Notes: generated by a model not told the origin, from the sequence alone. Numbered from the stretch's first letter, positions 1 to 10,097 are shown. The stretch: 32,000 bases of DNA from Candidatus Saccharimonadota bacterium (GCA_030429505.1 JAUIFI010000001.1:750001-782000); one strand, 5' to 3'. Program-made: numbers and translations.

Positions 1-2
1 AA

Positions 3-896
3 GTAATTCTTGCCGTTGCAGGTGTCCCAAGAAGTCGAGAAGCTGCAATAGAAATGCAAAAAATGAAAAAATTCGACAAAGATTTTCCTGAACTAAAACG
101 CCAAGTCGTAGAAGCTATCATAGAAATCTGTGTCACAGGGAATACAGAATTTATAAAAATATTTGAAGAAGCAGACATTGGAAATAATATTCAATATACA
201 GTCCTCACATATCGCCTAAAAATACTCGGCTATATAAACGAAGTTAAAGAACTTTTGGACTGTTGTGTATACTATCTCAACAAAAACGGAGTAAAAGTAA
301 CATCAATTGATGTTTTACGCATAATCAGTCAATCGACCAGAGCAGGAGGTCTTTTTATGGCGCTTTTAGCAACCTATGATCACCTAATGCATGAAGGCAT
401 AAAGTATTCCGACCCTGAAATCCAAGAAGTCTATGATAAAGGAAAAGAAAAACTAGAAGCACTTTCGTTTTTTGAACTGCTAAAAGAGACTACAAAAGGA
501 CTGTTTAATGCAGAAGACGGAACATCATTAGACCTCACAAAAATTGGAAGTATCCACTCGCCAGAAGGGCAAAAATTTATAAAGAACATAGAAGAAAGAC
601 AAGAAAAGTTAAAAAAAGGTGGTTTAAAACCAAAAGACCTAATAGAACTCACTGAAATAACAGAACATCTAAGGCTAGGAACCGCTAAAATCGTCACACA
701 AAGAATTTTACATCCTACTCCACCAGCACCAATGCAACAAATCGCACACGACAACATTGCCAACTTCGGAAAGGACGGCTATCCACTTACAAATATTCAA
801 GATACAAAACCAACAGCCCCGACATTTAAAGACCCAGAGAGTGGTGAAGAATGGCAACCAGAAATTCCAAATATCCCTCAAAAAATAGTAGCCTAA
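3..896 (+). CDS. hypothetical protein, probably 5'-truncated by the window edge
   Basis: Track ORF 54..896. The same frame has no stop codon back to base 3, so the true start may lie upstream of the window. No motif recognised. The C-terminal tail is Pro/Thr-rich. Confidence 0.55.
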   Translation, partial: VILAVAGVPRSREAAIEMQKMKKFDKDFPELKRQVVEAIIEICVTGNTEFIKIFEEADIGNNIQYTVLTYRLKILGYINEVKELLDCCVYYLNKNGVKVTSIDVLRIISQSTRAGGLFMALLATYDHLMHEGIKYSDPEIQEVYDKGKEKLEALSFFELLKETTKGLFNAEDGTSLDLTKIGSIHSPEGQKFIKNIEERQEKLKKGGLKPKDLIELTEITEHLRLGTAKIVTQRILHPTPPAPMQQIAHDNIANFGKDGYPLTNIQDTKPTAPTFKDPESGEEWQPEIPNIPQKIVA

Positions 897-899
897 CAA

Positions 900-927
900 T
901 TGACGACAAAACCCATAAACATATAAT
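900..927 (+). promoter_or_regulatory. sigma70-type promoter for jag-alaS (TTGACG-16-TATAAT)
   Basis: TTGACG at 900..905, 16-nt spacer, TATAAT at 922..927, 14 nt before the ATG at 942. Confidence 0.45.
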
Positions 928-941
928 CAAAAAAAAAGTGA

Positions 942-1391
942 ATGGAAACTATTATACAGAAAGCTCTCAAGCTCCTGCTTGATAAATATGGCGCCAATTA
1001 TGATTGCGTGAGAGTATCCGAAGAAAACGGACACTACAGAGCTATTATTGAAACTGAAGACCCAGCTCGAATGATCGGACGAAGTGGAACTATACTCAAC
1101 TCTCTTCAAATCCTACTCAAAAACATCCTGTGGTCTCAAAACGAAGAAAAAGCCTTCGTTACTCTAGATGTAGACGGATACCGCCAAGAACAATACAATC
1201 AAATCTACGAAAAAGTAAAAAAATCAATCGAACTCATGAAAGAACAAAATCTATCGGAAATGAAGCTTGAACCCATGAAACCATTTCTTCGTCGATTAGT
1301 TCATCTCTGGATCGCCAATAATTATTCTGAACTCACCACCGACTCCGTCGGAGAAGGACGACAAAGAGCAATTCGAGTGTTTTACAAGTAA
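942..1391 (+). CDS. jag: Jag/KhpB-like RNA-binding protein (KH + R3H domains)
   Basis: KH-type GxxG motif (MIGRSGTILNSLQ). C-terminal R3H-like segment (LRRLVHLW...TDSVGEGRQRAIRV). Size (149 aa) fits the short Jag family. Confidence 0.8.
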   Translation: METIIQKALKLLLDKYGANYDCVRVSEENGHYRAIIETEDPARMIGRSGTILNSLQILLKNILWSQNEEKAFVTLDVDGYRQEQYNQIYEKVKKSIELMKEQNLSEMKLEPMKPFLRRLVHLWIANNYSELTTDSVGEGRQRAIRVFYK

Positions 1392-1422
1392 AAACAACTA
1401 ACCAAAGAGAGAAAGGAACCTA

Positions 1423-1451
1423 TTGATTGCCTTTTCTTTCTCGTGTAATCT
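1423..1451 (+). promoter_or_regulatory. candidate promoter (TTGATT-17-TAATCT) 9 nt upstream of alaS ATG
   Basis: Hexamers at 1423..1428 and 1446..1451 with a 17-nt spacer. The -10 is weak. Confidence 0.3.
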
Positions 1452-1460
1452 GCCTCACGC

Positions 1461-3248
1461 ATGAAATACACCACCCAAGATTTAAGAAAACTGTGGCTTG
1501 ATTTTTGGAAATCCAAAAATCACGTAATCATTCCCAGTAGCGGCGTCATACCAGAAAACGATCCTTCGGCCCTTTTCCATAACTCAGGTATGCACCCACT
1601 CGTCCCATTTCTCATGGGCGAAGATCATCCAGCTGGAACGAGACTCGCTAACGTTCAAAAATGCATCCGCACCGGAGACATAGACGAAGTCGGAGATAAA
1701 ACTCATCTGACCTTTTTTGAAATGCTCGGAAATTGGTCTCTCGGAGATTATTTTAAAACCGAGCAAATCCAATGGTCTTTTGAATTTTTGACCCAAGTAC
1801 TCAATATCCCTATCGAAAAACTCGCCGTATCAGTTTTTGCTGGAGATAAAGACGCTCCGCGAGACAACGAATCCTTTGAAATCTGGAAAAAATGCGGCAT
1901 ACCGGAAAACCGAATCGCCTTTCTCGGCAAAGAAGATAACTGGTGGTCCAAGGGTGATGTCGGTCCTTGTGGACCAGACACAGAAATGTTTTACTGGACA
2001 GGAACAGACAAGGCTCCTGACAACTTCCAAGATACTTGTACCAATCCACACTGGGTCGAAATATGGAACGACGTTTTTATGCAATTTAATAAAGATGAAA
2101 AAGGAATACTCACCCCGCTTCCTCAAAAAAATATCGACACCGGGATGGGACTAGAACGAACAGTCGCCGTGCTTAACGGACTTTCCTCCATATATCAAAC
2201 TGACGCCTTTACATCGATCCTGCAAAAAATTGCTGAACTGTCGGGAAATCAAACACTCGCTACCGATCCTCTCGGAACTACAGAAGCGCATACATCAGCA
2301 CGAATCTTGGCCGATCATCTACGATCAGCTGCCATATTACTCGGAGATCGAATTGCACCATCCAATACTGATCAAGGCTACATCCTTAGACGCCTCATCC
2401 GCCGAGCAATCAGACACGGGAAAAAGCTAAATATTGATCAAAAATTTTGTTCAAAAATTGTACATGTCGCAATTAAAAATTTATCAAATACCTACTCAGA
2501 ACTCACAAAAAACGAAAACTTCATCATCGAAGAACTCGAGCGAGAAGAACATCAATTTGGCAAAACTTTGCACTCTGGAGAAAAAGAGTTTCGAAAAATG
2601 ATTGATAAATCACCCGACTGTGTCATCTCTGGAACCATCGCTTTTCACATTTACGAAACCTATGGATTTCCTTTGGAAATGATTGTAGAACTAGCCAAAG
2701 AACTCGGAAAAACTGTAGACACATCAGCCTTCGAATCTGCATTTCAATCCCATCAAAAAAAATCACGAGAAGGAGCTGAAAAAAAATTTTCTGGAGGACT
2801 CGCTGATCATTCTCAAGAAACCGTAAAACTTCATACCGCCACGCATCTCCTTCATGCAGCACTCAGAAAAGTATTAGGACCCCACGTAGAACAACGAGGA
2901 TCAAATATCACCCCCGAACGCCTTCGTTTCGATTTTTCCCATCCAGACAAGATGACACCCGAACAAATCACTGAAGTAGAAAAATACGTCAATGATGCCA
3001 TAGCATCAAACGCTCCCGTAACCTGTAAAGAAACCACGGTCGATCAAGCCAAAGCAGAAAATGCCATCGGACTCTTTGAAGATAAGTACGGAGACAAAGT
3101 AAAGCTCTACACCATGGGAGAATTTTCCAAAGAAATCTGCGGCGGACCTCATGTAGAACACTTAGGAGTTTTAAAATCCTTTAAAATCAAAAAAGAACAA
3201 AGTGCTAGCCAAGGAATACGAAGAATAAAAGCAGTTGTTGGAAAATAA
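1461..3248 (+). CDS. alaS: alanine--tRNA ligase, shortened form (595 aa; no C-Ala domain)
   Basis: Class II AlaRS N-terminus (DLRKLWLDFWKSKNH..., FFEMLGNWSLGDYFK, GPCGPDTEMFY, DTGMGLER). Editing-site HxxxH (HTATHLLHAAL) and CGGPHV motifs near the C-terminus. Confidence 0.95.
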   Translation: MKYTTQDLRKLWLDFWKSKNHVIIPSSGVIPENDPSALFHNSGMHPLVPFLMGEDHPAGTRLANVQKCIRTGDIDEVGDKTHLTFFEMLGNWSLGDYFKTEQIQWSFEFLTQVLNIPIEKLAVSVFAGDKDAPRDNESFEIWKKCGIPENRIAFLGKEDNWWSKGDVGPCGPDTEMFYWTGTDKAPDNFQDTCTNPHWVEIWNDVFMQFNKDEKGILTPLPQKNIDTGMGLERTVAVLNGLSSIYQTDAFTSILQKIAELSGNQTLATDPLGTTEAHTSARILADHLRSAAILLGDRIAPSNTDQGYILRRLIRRAIRHGKKLNIDQKFCSKIVHVAIKNLSNTYSELTKNENFIIEELEREEHQFGKTLHSGEKEFRKMIDKSPDCVISGTIAFHIYETYGFPLEMIVELAKELGKTVDTSAFESAFQSHQKKSREGAEKKFSGGLADHSQETVKLHTATHLLHAALRKVLGPHVEQRGSNITPERLRFDFSHPDKMTPEQITEVEKYVNDAIASNAPVTCKETTVDQAKAENAIGLFEDKYGDKVKLYTMGEFSKEICGGPHVEHLGVLKSFKIKKEQSASQGIRRIKAVVGK

Positions 3249-3272
3249 ACGAATTCTCTAGCGCTAAAGAAA

Positions 3273-3345
3273 GGCTCTCCCTGCCGTACGCGCTGAACCG
3301 GAAGAGTATCCCTCCAAGCGCTATGATGGTAAGCAAGGGAGAGCC
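3273..3345. other. GC-rich 73-nt rod-like inverted repeat (candidate structured RNA or unusual terminator)
   Basis: Perfect 10-bp outer stem: ggctctccct (3273..3282) pairs with agggagagcc (3336..3345). Inner 5-bp stem GCGCT/AGCGC. Markedly more GC-rich than the AT-rich spacer that follows. No U-tract after it. Confidence 0.3.
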
Positions 3346-3597
3346 AAATTACTTCTTCCGCTTAAAATAGATCAATAAACGAAAGAACCGTACACTTGTA
3401 AAGAAAAAAGAAAAAATATCAAAGAGACACTTCATAACAAATTCATAAAAAGACCTTTAAAATAAAATCTGAAAATCACAGCAAATTCAAAAAAATGAAG
3501 GAAATTATATTACTAGGAAGACTTTTCACATTATTTGGCTGTTCTCACGACAAAACAAAAGCCCTCTTATTTAGACAGGCAAGTCTCTTATAATCAT

Positions 3598-6171
3598 TCA
3601 ATCTTCTATTTCAATTTGCTCTTGCTGAGACTTAGTTGATTCTTCTAAATCCTCAATCAAAGAAATTGATGATACAAAATCCTTACCAGATGGTCGCATT
3701 AAAATTACTCCTTGAGTAGAACGACCAGCTGTTTTAACTGTATCAAGCGGAGTTCGAAGTGTCTGACCATTTTTAGTAACCAAGAGCAAATCAGCACTCT
3801 CATTACCATCAATAACTCGTGCTCCTACAATCTTACCAGTCTTTTTCGTAATATTAGCCGCCTTTACCCCAGTACCTCCACGAGACTGATTTCGAAAAAG
3901 CTTCACCTCAGACATTTTCCCGAGCCCATTCTCCATCACCACCAATAGCTTTGCTTCTTCATTTTTCAACACATCCATAGCTACCACCTCATCACCAGAT
4001 CGCAACTTAATACCACGTACACCTGCAGCTGTCCTTCCCATAGCCCGCACATCAGCCTCTGCGAAACGAATCGACTTTCCTTCTTTCGTAACAATAAAAA
4101 TCTGATCATTCCCTGTCGAAACCTTAGTCCACTGCAACATCTCTCCCTCCTTCAGATTACAGGCAATTAATCCCGAGCGACGAACATTGTCAAAATGATC
4201 TAAAGCAGATTTTTTAATGGTCCCTCCTGTTGTACACATCACGATATATTTCCCTTCTGAACGAGAGATATTAAGAATCTCAGTAACCTTTTCTTGAGGT
4301 TGAAGTTGTAACAAATTCACAATCGGAGTCCCCTTTGAAGTCCGAGAACTCTCCGGGATCTCATACATTGGGAGCTGAAAAACTCGACCTAAATTTGTAA
4401 AAAACAAAAGCTCATTATGATTAGTACCAAAACGAGCCTTAACAATTTGATCCTCCTCCTTTGTCTTAGCTCCCACCACTCCCACTCCTCCACGTTTTTG
4501 TGAACGAAAAACCGATGGATTCATTCTCTTTACATAATTCTGTTCCGTCAAAACCACCAACATTTCTTCATCCGGAATAGTATCCTTGGCACTAAATTTG
4601 CCCAAAGCATGAGGATATACCTTTGTTCGACGTTCATCACCAAATTTTTCCTGAATTTCTTTCAGTTCTTGCTCAATAATATCAGCCTGTTTAGTTTTAT
4701 CAGCCAAAATACCCTCCAATTCTTCGATCAAAGCAAGTTTTTCTTTCAACTCATCCTCAATTTTCTGACGTTCAAGCCCTGCCAAAGTCTGCAATCGCAT
4801 CTCCAAAATGGCCTTAGCTTGAATTTCAGTAAGTTGAAATTTTGATATCAATTGCTCAGCCGCAATTTCTTTCGTTTCCGATTTTCTAATCGTCGCAATC
4901 ACCTCATCAATGTGATCGAGAGCAATTTTAAGTCCTTCTAAAATATGAGCACGAGCCTTTGCCACCTTCAAATCAAACTCCGTTCGCCTCTGAATCACCT
5001 CAAATCGATGATCGAGAAAATAATTCAAGACTTCAGGCAGATTCAACAACCGTGGATGAATTCCATCCACCAGAGCAATCATATTTAAGTTGTATGTTTT
5101 TTGCAGCAACGTGTATTTGAATAACTTATTCAAGGTTTTTTGAGCATAAGCATCACGCTTCAGTTCAATGTAAATCCGAATCCCTTCTCGATTCGACTCA
5201 TCCCTCAAGTCAGAAATGCCTTCTATCTTTTTATCTCGAACAAGATCAGCAATTTTCATAATCAGATCTGCCTTATTTACCTGATAAGGAATCTCTGTCA
5301 CAATGATAGCTTGTTTTCCTCCTTTAAGCTCCTCAATATGAGTTTTTGCTCGAGTAACAACTCCCCCTCGACCCGTAGCATACATTTCACGCAAAGCTCC
5401 TCCGTCATAGAGTTCTCCTCCCGTCGGAAAATCAGGTCCTTTTACAAACTGAAGAAGATCATCCACTGTTGCTTCTGGATTACGAAGAAGATGGGCTGTT
5501 GCCTGAAGCAATTCATTCAAATTATGCGGAGGGATATTCGTCGCCATCCCCACAGCAATTCCCATAGTTCCATTGAGAAGAAGTTGAGGTACTTTACTCG
5601 GTAACACCGATGGTTCCTCTGCCGTAGAATCATAGTTAGGGCGAAAATCAACCGTTTCTTTTTCAATATCAGACAAAAGCAAATCTGACATTTTTGTCAT
5701 TCGGGCTTCTGTATAACGCATCGCTGCCGGATTATCCCCATCGATAGAACCATAATTCCCCTGTCCATCAATAAGAGGATATCTCAGACTAAATTCTTGA
5801 GCCATCCGCACCATAGACATATAGACCGCCGCATCACCATGAGGATGATATTTCCCCAAAACTGCCCCCACAACTGTCGCAGACTTTCGATATTTGGCAC
5901 TAGAACGAAGTCCATTTTCATGCATAGCATACAAAATACGACGATGCACCGGCTTCAAACCATCACGCACATCAGGCAAAGCCCGACTAACAATCACTGA
6001 CATCGCATACGAAATATACGACTCCTCCATATCCACCGATATTTCGCGAGTCAAAACCCGTCCCTCATCCATCGCTCCCAAATCAAGCGTTAGAGAAGAA
6101 TCTTCACCTTCTTCAGGCAGGTTATTTTCATCATTTTCATTTTCCAAAGGAGCTTGCGATTCGTCAGTCAT
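3598..6171 (-). CDS. gyrA: DNA gyrase subunit A
   Basis: GyrA motifs ([24 protein letters not shown], active-site AAMRYTE) and C-terminal beta-pinwheel repeats. Track ORF extends to 6195, but that ATG overlaps a TACAAT -10 box, so MTDESQ (6171) is the preferred start. Confidence 0.93.
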   Translation of the reverse strand: MTDESQAPLENENDENNLPEEGEDSSLTLDLGAMDEGRVLTREISVDMEESYISYAMSVIVSRALPDVRDGLKPVHRRILYAMHENGLRSSAKYRKSATVVGAVLGKYHPHGDAAVYMSMVRMAQEFSLRYPLIDGQGNYGSIDGDNPAAMRYTEARMTKMSDLLLSDIEKETVDFRPNYDSTAEEPSVLPSKVPQLLLNGTMGIAVGMATNIPPHNLNELLQATAHLLRNPEATVDDLLQFVKGPDFPTGGELYDGGALREMYATGRGGVVTRAKTHIEELKGGKQAIIVTEIPYQVNKADLIMKIADLVRDKKIEGISDLRDESNREGIRIYIELKRDAYAQKTLNKLFKYTLLQKTYNLNMIALVDGIHPRLLNLPEVLNYFLDHRFEVIQRRTEFDLKVAKARAHILEGLKIALDHIDEVIATIRKSETKEIAAEQLISKFQLTEIQAKAILEMRLQTLAGLERQKIEDELKEKLALIEELEGILADKTKQADIIEQELKEIQEKFGDERRTKVYPHALGKFSAKDTIPDEEMLVVLTEQNYVKRMNPSVFRSQKRGGVGVVGAKTKEEDQIVKARFGTNHNELLFFTNLGRVFQLPMYEIPESSRTSKGTPIVNLLQLQPQEKVTEILNISRSEGKYIVMCTTGGTIKKSALDHFDNVRRSGLIACNLKEGEMLQWTKVSTGNDQIFIVTKEGKSIRFAEADVRAMGRTAAGVRGIKLRSGDEVVAMDVLKNEEAKLLVVMENGLGKMSEVKLFRNQSRGGTGVKAANITKKTGKIVGARVIDGNESADLLLVTKNGQTLRTPLDTVKTAGRSTQGVILMRPSGKDFVSSISLIEDLEESTKSQQEQIEIED

Positions 6172-6193
6172 ATAAAATAAAAAAAGCCCACCC

Positions 6194-6221
6194 ATTGTAG
6201 AGAAAAATCAAGAGAAATCAA
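6194..6221 (-). promoter_or_regulatory. candidate gyrA promoter (TTGATT-16-TACAAT on minus strand)
   Basis: Minus-strand TTGATT is the complement of 6216..6221. TACAAT is the complement of 6194..6199, and its last two bases form the AT of the upstream in-frame ATG. Confidence 0.4.
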
Positions 6222-6266
6222 ACACTATCAAAGGAAAACAAAATCAACCCATTATTTCACTATTTC

Positions 6267-7619
6267 CTACGAAGCTTGAAAATCACGCTCAATTTTTTCC
6301 TCCAAAACCGTCATCAAATCAGGCGGCAAAAGCACTTTTAAACGATCAAGGAAATCTCGTGCCAAAGCCGTTCGAGGCAACTTAGAAACTTCTTCATTCA
6401 AACGAGATACTTGATCAATCTTTAATTCACGATTCTGCACATCACGCAAAAATACGACAACATACTTTTGCTTTAAATCCTCTTCGAAAGCTACCTCTTC
6501 TGGAGTCGCTAAAGAAAACAAAAGATCAAGCATAACAAAACGATCAAAACTCAATACTTCTGTAGGTGTAACACCAAAAGCTATACTGTTTCTATTACGC
6601 TCAACTAAAGACAATAATGCTTCCACAGCCCGAGCATCAGAACGCAAATGTTCAGGAACATCTCTTTCGGACAATAAACGCACAATATCCCCCGGAGTAA
6701 ACGCCTCAAAATCAATCTCTCGGACAATCTGTAAGTCACGAGAAGATTGAAATACATTGTAGATAGATAAAAAGCTTTTTCGAGCCGATAAAATATCTTT
6801 CTCAGATCCATCCTTCTCACGAGCGAGAATTTTTTCCACAGCCGTCAACAGCTTAGCACGTACAATAATCAACTTAGATTGGATCGATCGAAGCTGAGCC
6901 CCAGACAAACTAATGTCATCGGGTAAAGATTGCTCAGAAAGAACTGTATCCGTACGCAAACGAAGCTTTTCACCCTCAGACAAAACAACCTCTCCACTAT
7001 CCCAGTCAAACACATTTACTTTATTTTTCTGGGAAATCACTTGCATCTCTCCTGTATCAGAAACAGAAATAACAAAACGCGATCCAGGATTCGTACGCAC
7101 AAATCCTCGCAAAGTCGAAAACTCCCCCTCCAAAAAAGACTGATTTTCAATGGTCCCAGCCCGCAAAAACACACTATTACCTTCTAAAATACGTAATTGC
7201 GTATCAGACCCAATAGTAGATGTAAATTGATCTGGAAAAACAAGCTTGGCTTGTCCATTATCAACACGAACGATATCACCCTTCTGCAACTCCATTTCCT
7301 CTCGAACCAATAACACCTGATCTCCACGCACAATTTCCACCACTCCTCCTTCAGGAACAAGCTGCCCTGCAGACAAATGAGATTGATCCCCAGGTAAAAT
7401 ATTAAACAAGACAAAAAATGACGCTAGAGCAAAACCCGCTAAAGAAACGCGAGGTGAAAATAATCGATGAAAAAAAGAAGGCTGTCGAACTTCATTACTT
7501 TCTGTAAAAACAGACAATACCTCATCCTTCACTCGACTTTTCATAGCCTCATCCTGAGGCTTTTTAGCAGAATGAAAGAAACACTTAAGCTCTGATTCAA
7601 AATTCTTGTGAGGATTCAT
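6267..7619 (-). CDS. hypothetical single-pass membrane protein with FecR-like beta domain
   Basis: One TM segment (VSLAGFALASFFVLFNILPG) after a ~55-aa cytoplasmic N-terminus. The following segment (GVVEIVRGDQVLLV...LQKGDIVRVDNGQAKLVF) resembles FecR-type domains. The C-terminal half looks helical. Function unknown. Confidence 0.55.
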   Translation of the reverse strand: MNPHKNFESELKCFFHSAKKPQDEAMKSRVKDEVLSVFTESNEVRQPSFFHRLFSPRVSLAGFALASFFVLFNILPGDQSHLSAGQLVPEGGVVEIVRGDQVLLVREEMELQKGDIVRVDNGQAKLVFPDQFTSTIGSDTQLRILEGNSVFLRAGTIENQSFLEGEFSTLRGFVRTNPGSRFVISVSDTGEMQVISQKNKVNVFDWDSGEVVLSEGEKLRLRTDTVLSEQSLPDDISLSGAQLRSIQSKLIIVRAKLLTAVEKILAREKDGSEKDILSARKSFLSIYNVFQSSRDLQIVREIDFEAFTPGDIVRLLSERDVPEHLRSDARAVEALLSLVERNRNSIAFGVTPTEVLSFDRFVMLDLLFSLATPEEVAFEEDLKQKYVVVFLRDVQNRELKIDQVSRLNEEVSKLPRTALARDFLDRLKVLLPPDLMTVLEEKIERDFQAS

Positions 7620-7684
7620 GAGAAAAGAAATGGAAGAATAGAATAATATTCCTCACAGTATAAAACGGAAAAAAATATTTTTTG

Positions 7685-8164
7685 TTACAAAAGAGTCTTT
7701 CCTTCACCTCCAAACCGAGTAGCAACAGCATCAATAATAGATCCGACAATAAATCCCTCAACAATTGCCCACACAAATACATGCCAATCAGCCCAAGCCC
7801 ATAAATTCATAGTAGCAATCATAGAAGCAAATTGATCATACATCAGTACTGACAAAACTAAATTTAACCAAGCGCCCAATCCTCCTCCTCGCAAAATAGG
7901 TCTCCAAAAATCAGATCGAGTAAAAAGAGACTTCTTTCCAAAAAAAGGACATTCTTTCACTACCCCCACAAGACCAATCAAACCTCCAAACGTAACATAC
8001 CATAAAAACATACCCCATTGAAAATGAGGAGTAATAATCGTAGCCCCACGAAAATACCACGGCAAAACCATAAAAGCCCCAAGCGCACCAATCAAGAGAC
8101 CAAGTCCCTTGGCCATAGACATTCGACGAACAAATGTATCGTGCTTATTACGAAAGAAAAACAT
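7685..8164 (-). CDS. hypothetical integral membrane protein (about 4 TM helices)
   Basis: Long ORF with four hydrophobic segments. Possible later start at MSMAKGLG. No family recognised. Confidence 0.55.
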   Translation of the reverse strand: MFFFRNKHDTFVRRMSMAKGLGLLIGALGAFMVLPWYFRGATIITPHFQWGMFLWYVTFGGLIGLVGVVKECPFFGKKSLFTRSDFWRPILRGGGLGAWLNLVLSVLMYDQFASMIATMNLWAWADWHVFVWAIVEGFIVGSIIDAVATRFGGEGKTLL

Positions 8165-8175
8165 AGGAAAAAATA

Positions 8176-8757
8176 TTAACGCAAATCAATGCTTTCAATA
8201 ACAACAGGACTCAAAGGTCTATCAGAAGCATCTGTCTCTACTTTTGCAATCTCATTTACCACATTCATTCCATTCGTCACCAGACCAAAAACATTGTGAC
8301 GATTATTAAGGAAGTGAGTTCCCTGAGGGTTTTGTACAATAAAAAACTGAGAACCATTCGTATTGGGTCCTCGATTTGCCATCGATACTGCCCCCGGAAC
8401 ATGAGTCAAATCAGCAGAAAACTCATCATCAAAATATCCTCCCCCAAAAGCATGTCCTCCCGTACCATCTCCCTTTGTAAAATCACCCGTCTGAATCATA
8501 AAATCATCAATTACCCGATGAAATACAACTCCATCATATTTTCCATCTCGAGCTAATTTTACAAAATTATCAACCGTCCTCGGAGCCTTGTCACCTCGAA
8601 GTTCAATCTCAATATCCCCCATATTTGTATGAAGAGTTGCTATCTTTGGCACACCACCAAGCAAGCTAGTCGATAAAAAACCGCCATCAGAGCCATATAT
8701 AAACACACCTCCAACCACAGCAAGAGCCAAAACCAAAAATAATAAATTTTTTTTCAT
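8176..8757 (-). CDS. peptidyl-prolyl cis-trans isomerase, cyclophilin type, exported or membrane-anchored
   Basis: Cyclophilin signatures FHRVIDDFMIQTGD and SMANRGPNTNGSQFFIV. N-terminal hydrophobic signal/anchor (LLFLVLALAVVGGVFIYG). Confidence 0.9.
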   Translation of the reverse strand: MKKNLLFLVLALAVVGGVFIYGSDGGFLSTSLLGGVPKIATLHTNMGDIEIELRGDKAPRTVDNFVKLARDGKYDGVVFHRVIDDFMIQTGDFTKGDGTGGHAFGGGYFDDEFSADLTHVPGAVSMANRGPNTNGSQFFIVQNPQGTHFLNNRHNVFGLVTNGMNVVNEIAKVETDASDRPLSPVVIESIDLR

Positions 8758-8780
8758 CTAAGAAGACGCTAAACACCGCA

Positions 8781-8809
8781 ATTATGAAAAACATATTTAT
8801 ATTTGTCAA
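8781..8809 (-). promoter_or_regulatory. candidate promoter for PPIase operon (TTGACA-17-CATAAT on minus strand)
   Basis: Complement of 8804..8809 is TTGACA. Complement of 8781..8786 is CATAAT. Spacer is 17 nt, and the ATG at 8757 lies 23 nt downstream. Confidence 0.45.
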
Positions 8810-8878
8810 AAAATTAACCCCTTTCAAGAAAAACCATGAACTTTCTCAAAAATATGATACGCTCACCATAGAAAGAAC

Positions 8879-10060
8879 ATGAAAAACTACCTCTTTATCT
8901 TAGGGAGAAATACGGAACTATCGAGAGCTGAACTAACACAATTCTGCAAAGAAGTAGTCTTTGACAAAGAAAAATCACTATTAATTGGGACAAATCTCCA
9001 TTTTACAAACCCAAGAAATATACCACGTACCCCCGAACAACTCTTTTTGGATAGACTAGGCGGCACCATTCGATTCGCAGAAATAACAGGCGAATTTTTT
9101 TCAGAAACCGAACTCAAAAATCAGATCATCAAACAAATTCAGAAAGACAAAAAAGAAGGGAAAATTCATCTAGGAATATCCGGATGGGGAGTGAAATCAT
9201 CCTTCACAAAATCAATGCTATCCCAGCTAAAAAACGAATTCAAAGAACAACACAGTCGTAATTGCCGAATCATAAACATCAACGGAAAAGCACTCGACTC
9301 GGGCACTATATTTGGTGAAAAATTACTCCGCAAAGGATTTGAATTCATTATCTGGAAAAAGAAAAACTCATACCTCCTTGCCCAAACCGTCGCCAATCAA
9401 AACCTCCGCAACTACACCCTCCGAGATCACGACAAACCCTGGCGTGATAATAAAATGGGAATGCTTCCCCCCAAACTCGCCCAAATCCTGATCAATCTCA
9501 CAAACCCACAAGAACACGACACCATCATAGATCCATTTTGTGGCAGTGGAACCATCAATATCGAAGCTGCCATCATGGGATTTCATACCATCGGAAGCGA
9601 TAAATCATCCAAACACGTTGAAAAAACAAAAGAAAACTTTGAGTACCTTGCCGAAAAATTCAGATACCTGCCAGACAACGGAACCTTCTTTGCCTCAGAC
9701 GCCAGAGACATCGAATGGGAAAAACTATCAGGAGTTATCGCCACCGAAGGTTTCCTAGGAGAAAACTCTGGAAAAATGGTCTCTCCCGACACCATAAAAA
9801 AAGAAGAAGCCACCATCCTCAGACTCTGGGAAGATATATTTGAGAAATTAGAAAACACTTCTATTCAAAAAATAGCTTTGTGCCTTCCCGCTTGGAAAAC
9901 AAAAGGCAAAACCCACTCCCTATCACAAAAATTATTTGCCAAAATCGCGAAATCTTCGTACACTCCCCTCGCTCTTTTCAATGGAGAAAAAACCTTTCTC
10001 TACGCCCGACCAGACGCATTCGTCATGCGAGAAATTTGCGTCTTGGAAAAACAAAAATAA
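8879..10060 (+). CDS. putative SAM-dependent RNA (guanine-N2-type) methyltransferase, Trm11/COG1041-like
   Basis: Motif I DPFCGSGT, preceded by MLPPKLAQILINL, which is typical of this family. The N-terminal LFILGRNTELSRAEL resembles family N-termini. Substrate not inferable. Confidence 0.6.
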   Translation: MKNYLFILGRNTELSRAELTQFCKEVVFDKEKSLLIGTNLHFTNPRNIPRTPEQLFLDRLGGTIRFAEITGEFFSETELKNQIIKQIQKDKKEGKIHLGISGWGVKSSFTKSMLSQLKNEFKEQHSRNCRIININGKALDSGTIFGEKLLRKGFEFIIWKKKNSYLLAQTVANQNLRNYTLRDHDKPWRDNKMGMLPPKLAQILINLTNPQEHDTIIDPFCGSGTINIEAAIMGFHTIGSDKSSKHVEKTKENFEYLAEKFRYLPDNGTFFASDARDIEWEKLSGVIATEGFLGENSGKMVSPDTIKKEEATILRLWEDIFEKLENTSIQKIALCLPAWKTKGKTHSLSQKLFAKIAKSSYTPLALFNGEKTFLYARPDAFVMREICVLEKQK

Positions 10061-10097
10061 CAAGTTCACTTTATTCCAGCCCTTATCCCCCGAGTAA

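Noticed and set aside
1584-3037. Multiple short ORFs on both strands inside alaS
   Set aside because: They overlap a confidently identified AlaRS reading frame and have no motifs of their own.
3273-3345. Possible SRP (4.5S) RNA identity for the GC-rich rod
   Set aside because: It contains CCGGAAG, but the GGAA cannot be closed by the conserved helix-8 pairs. The conserved AGCA / GGUCA loop motifs are absent on either strand. Kept only as an unassigned structure.
3712-6175. Plus-strand ORFs inside gyrA (3712..3948, 4609..4845, 5140..5604, 5797..6000, 5894..6175)
   Set aside because: They are antisense to a confidently identified gyrA. Their translations are low-complexity and typical of shadow ORFs in AT-rich DNA.
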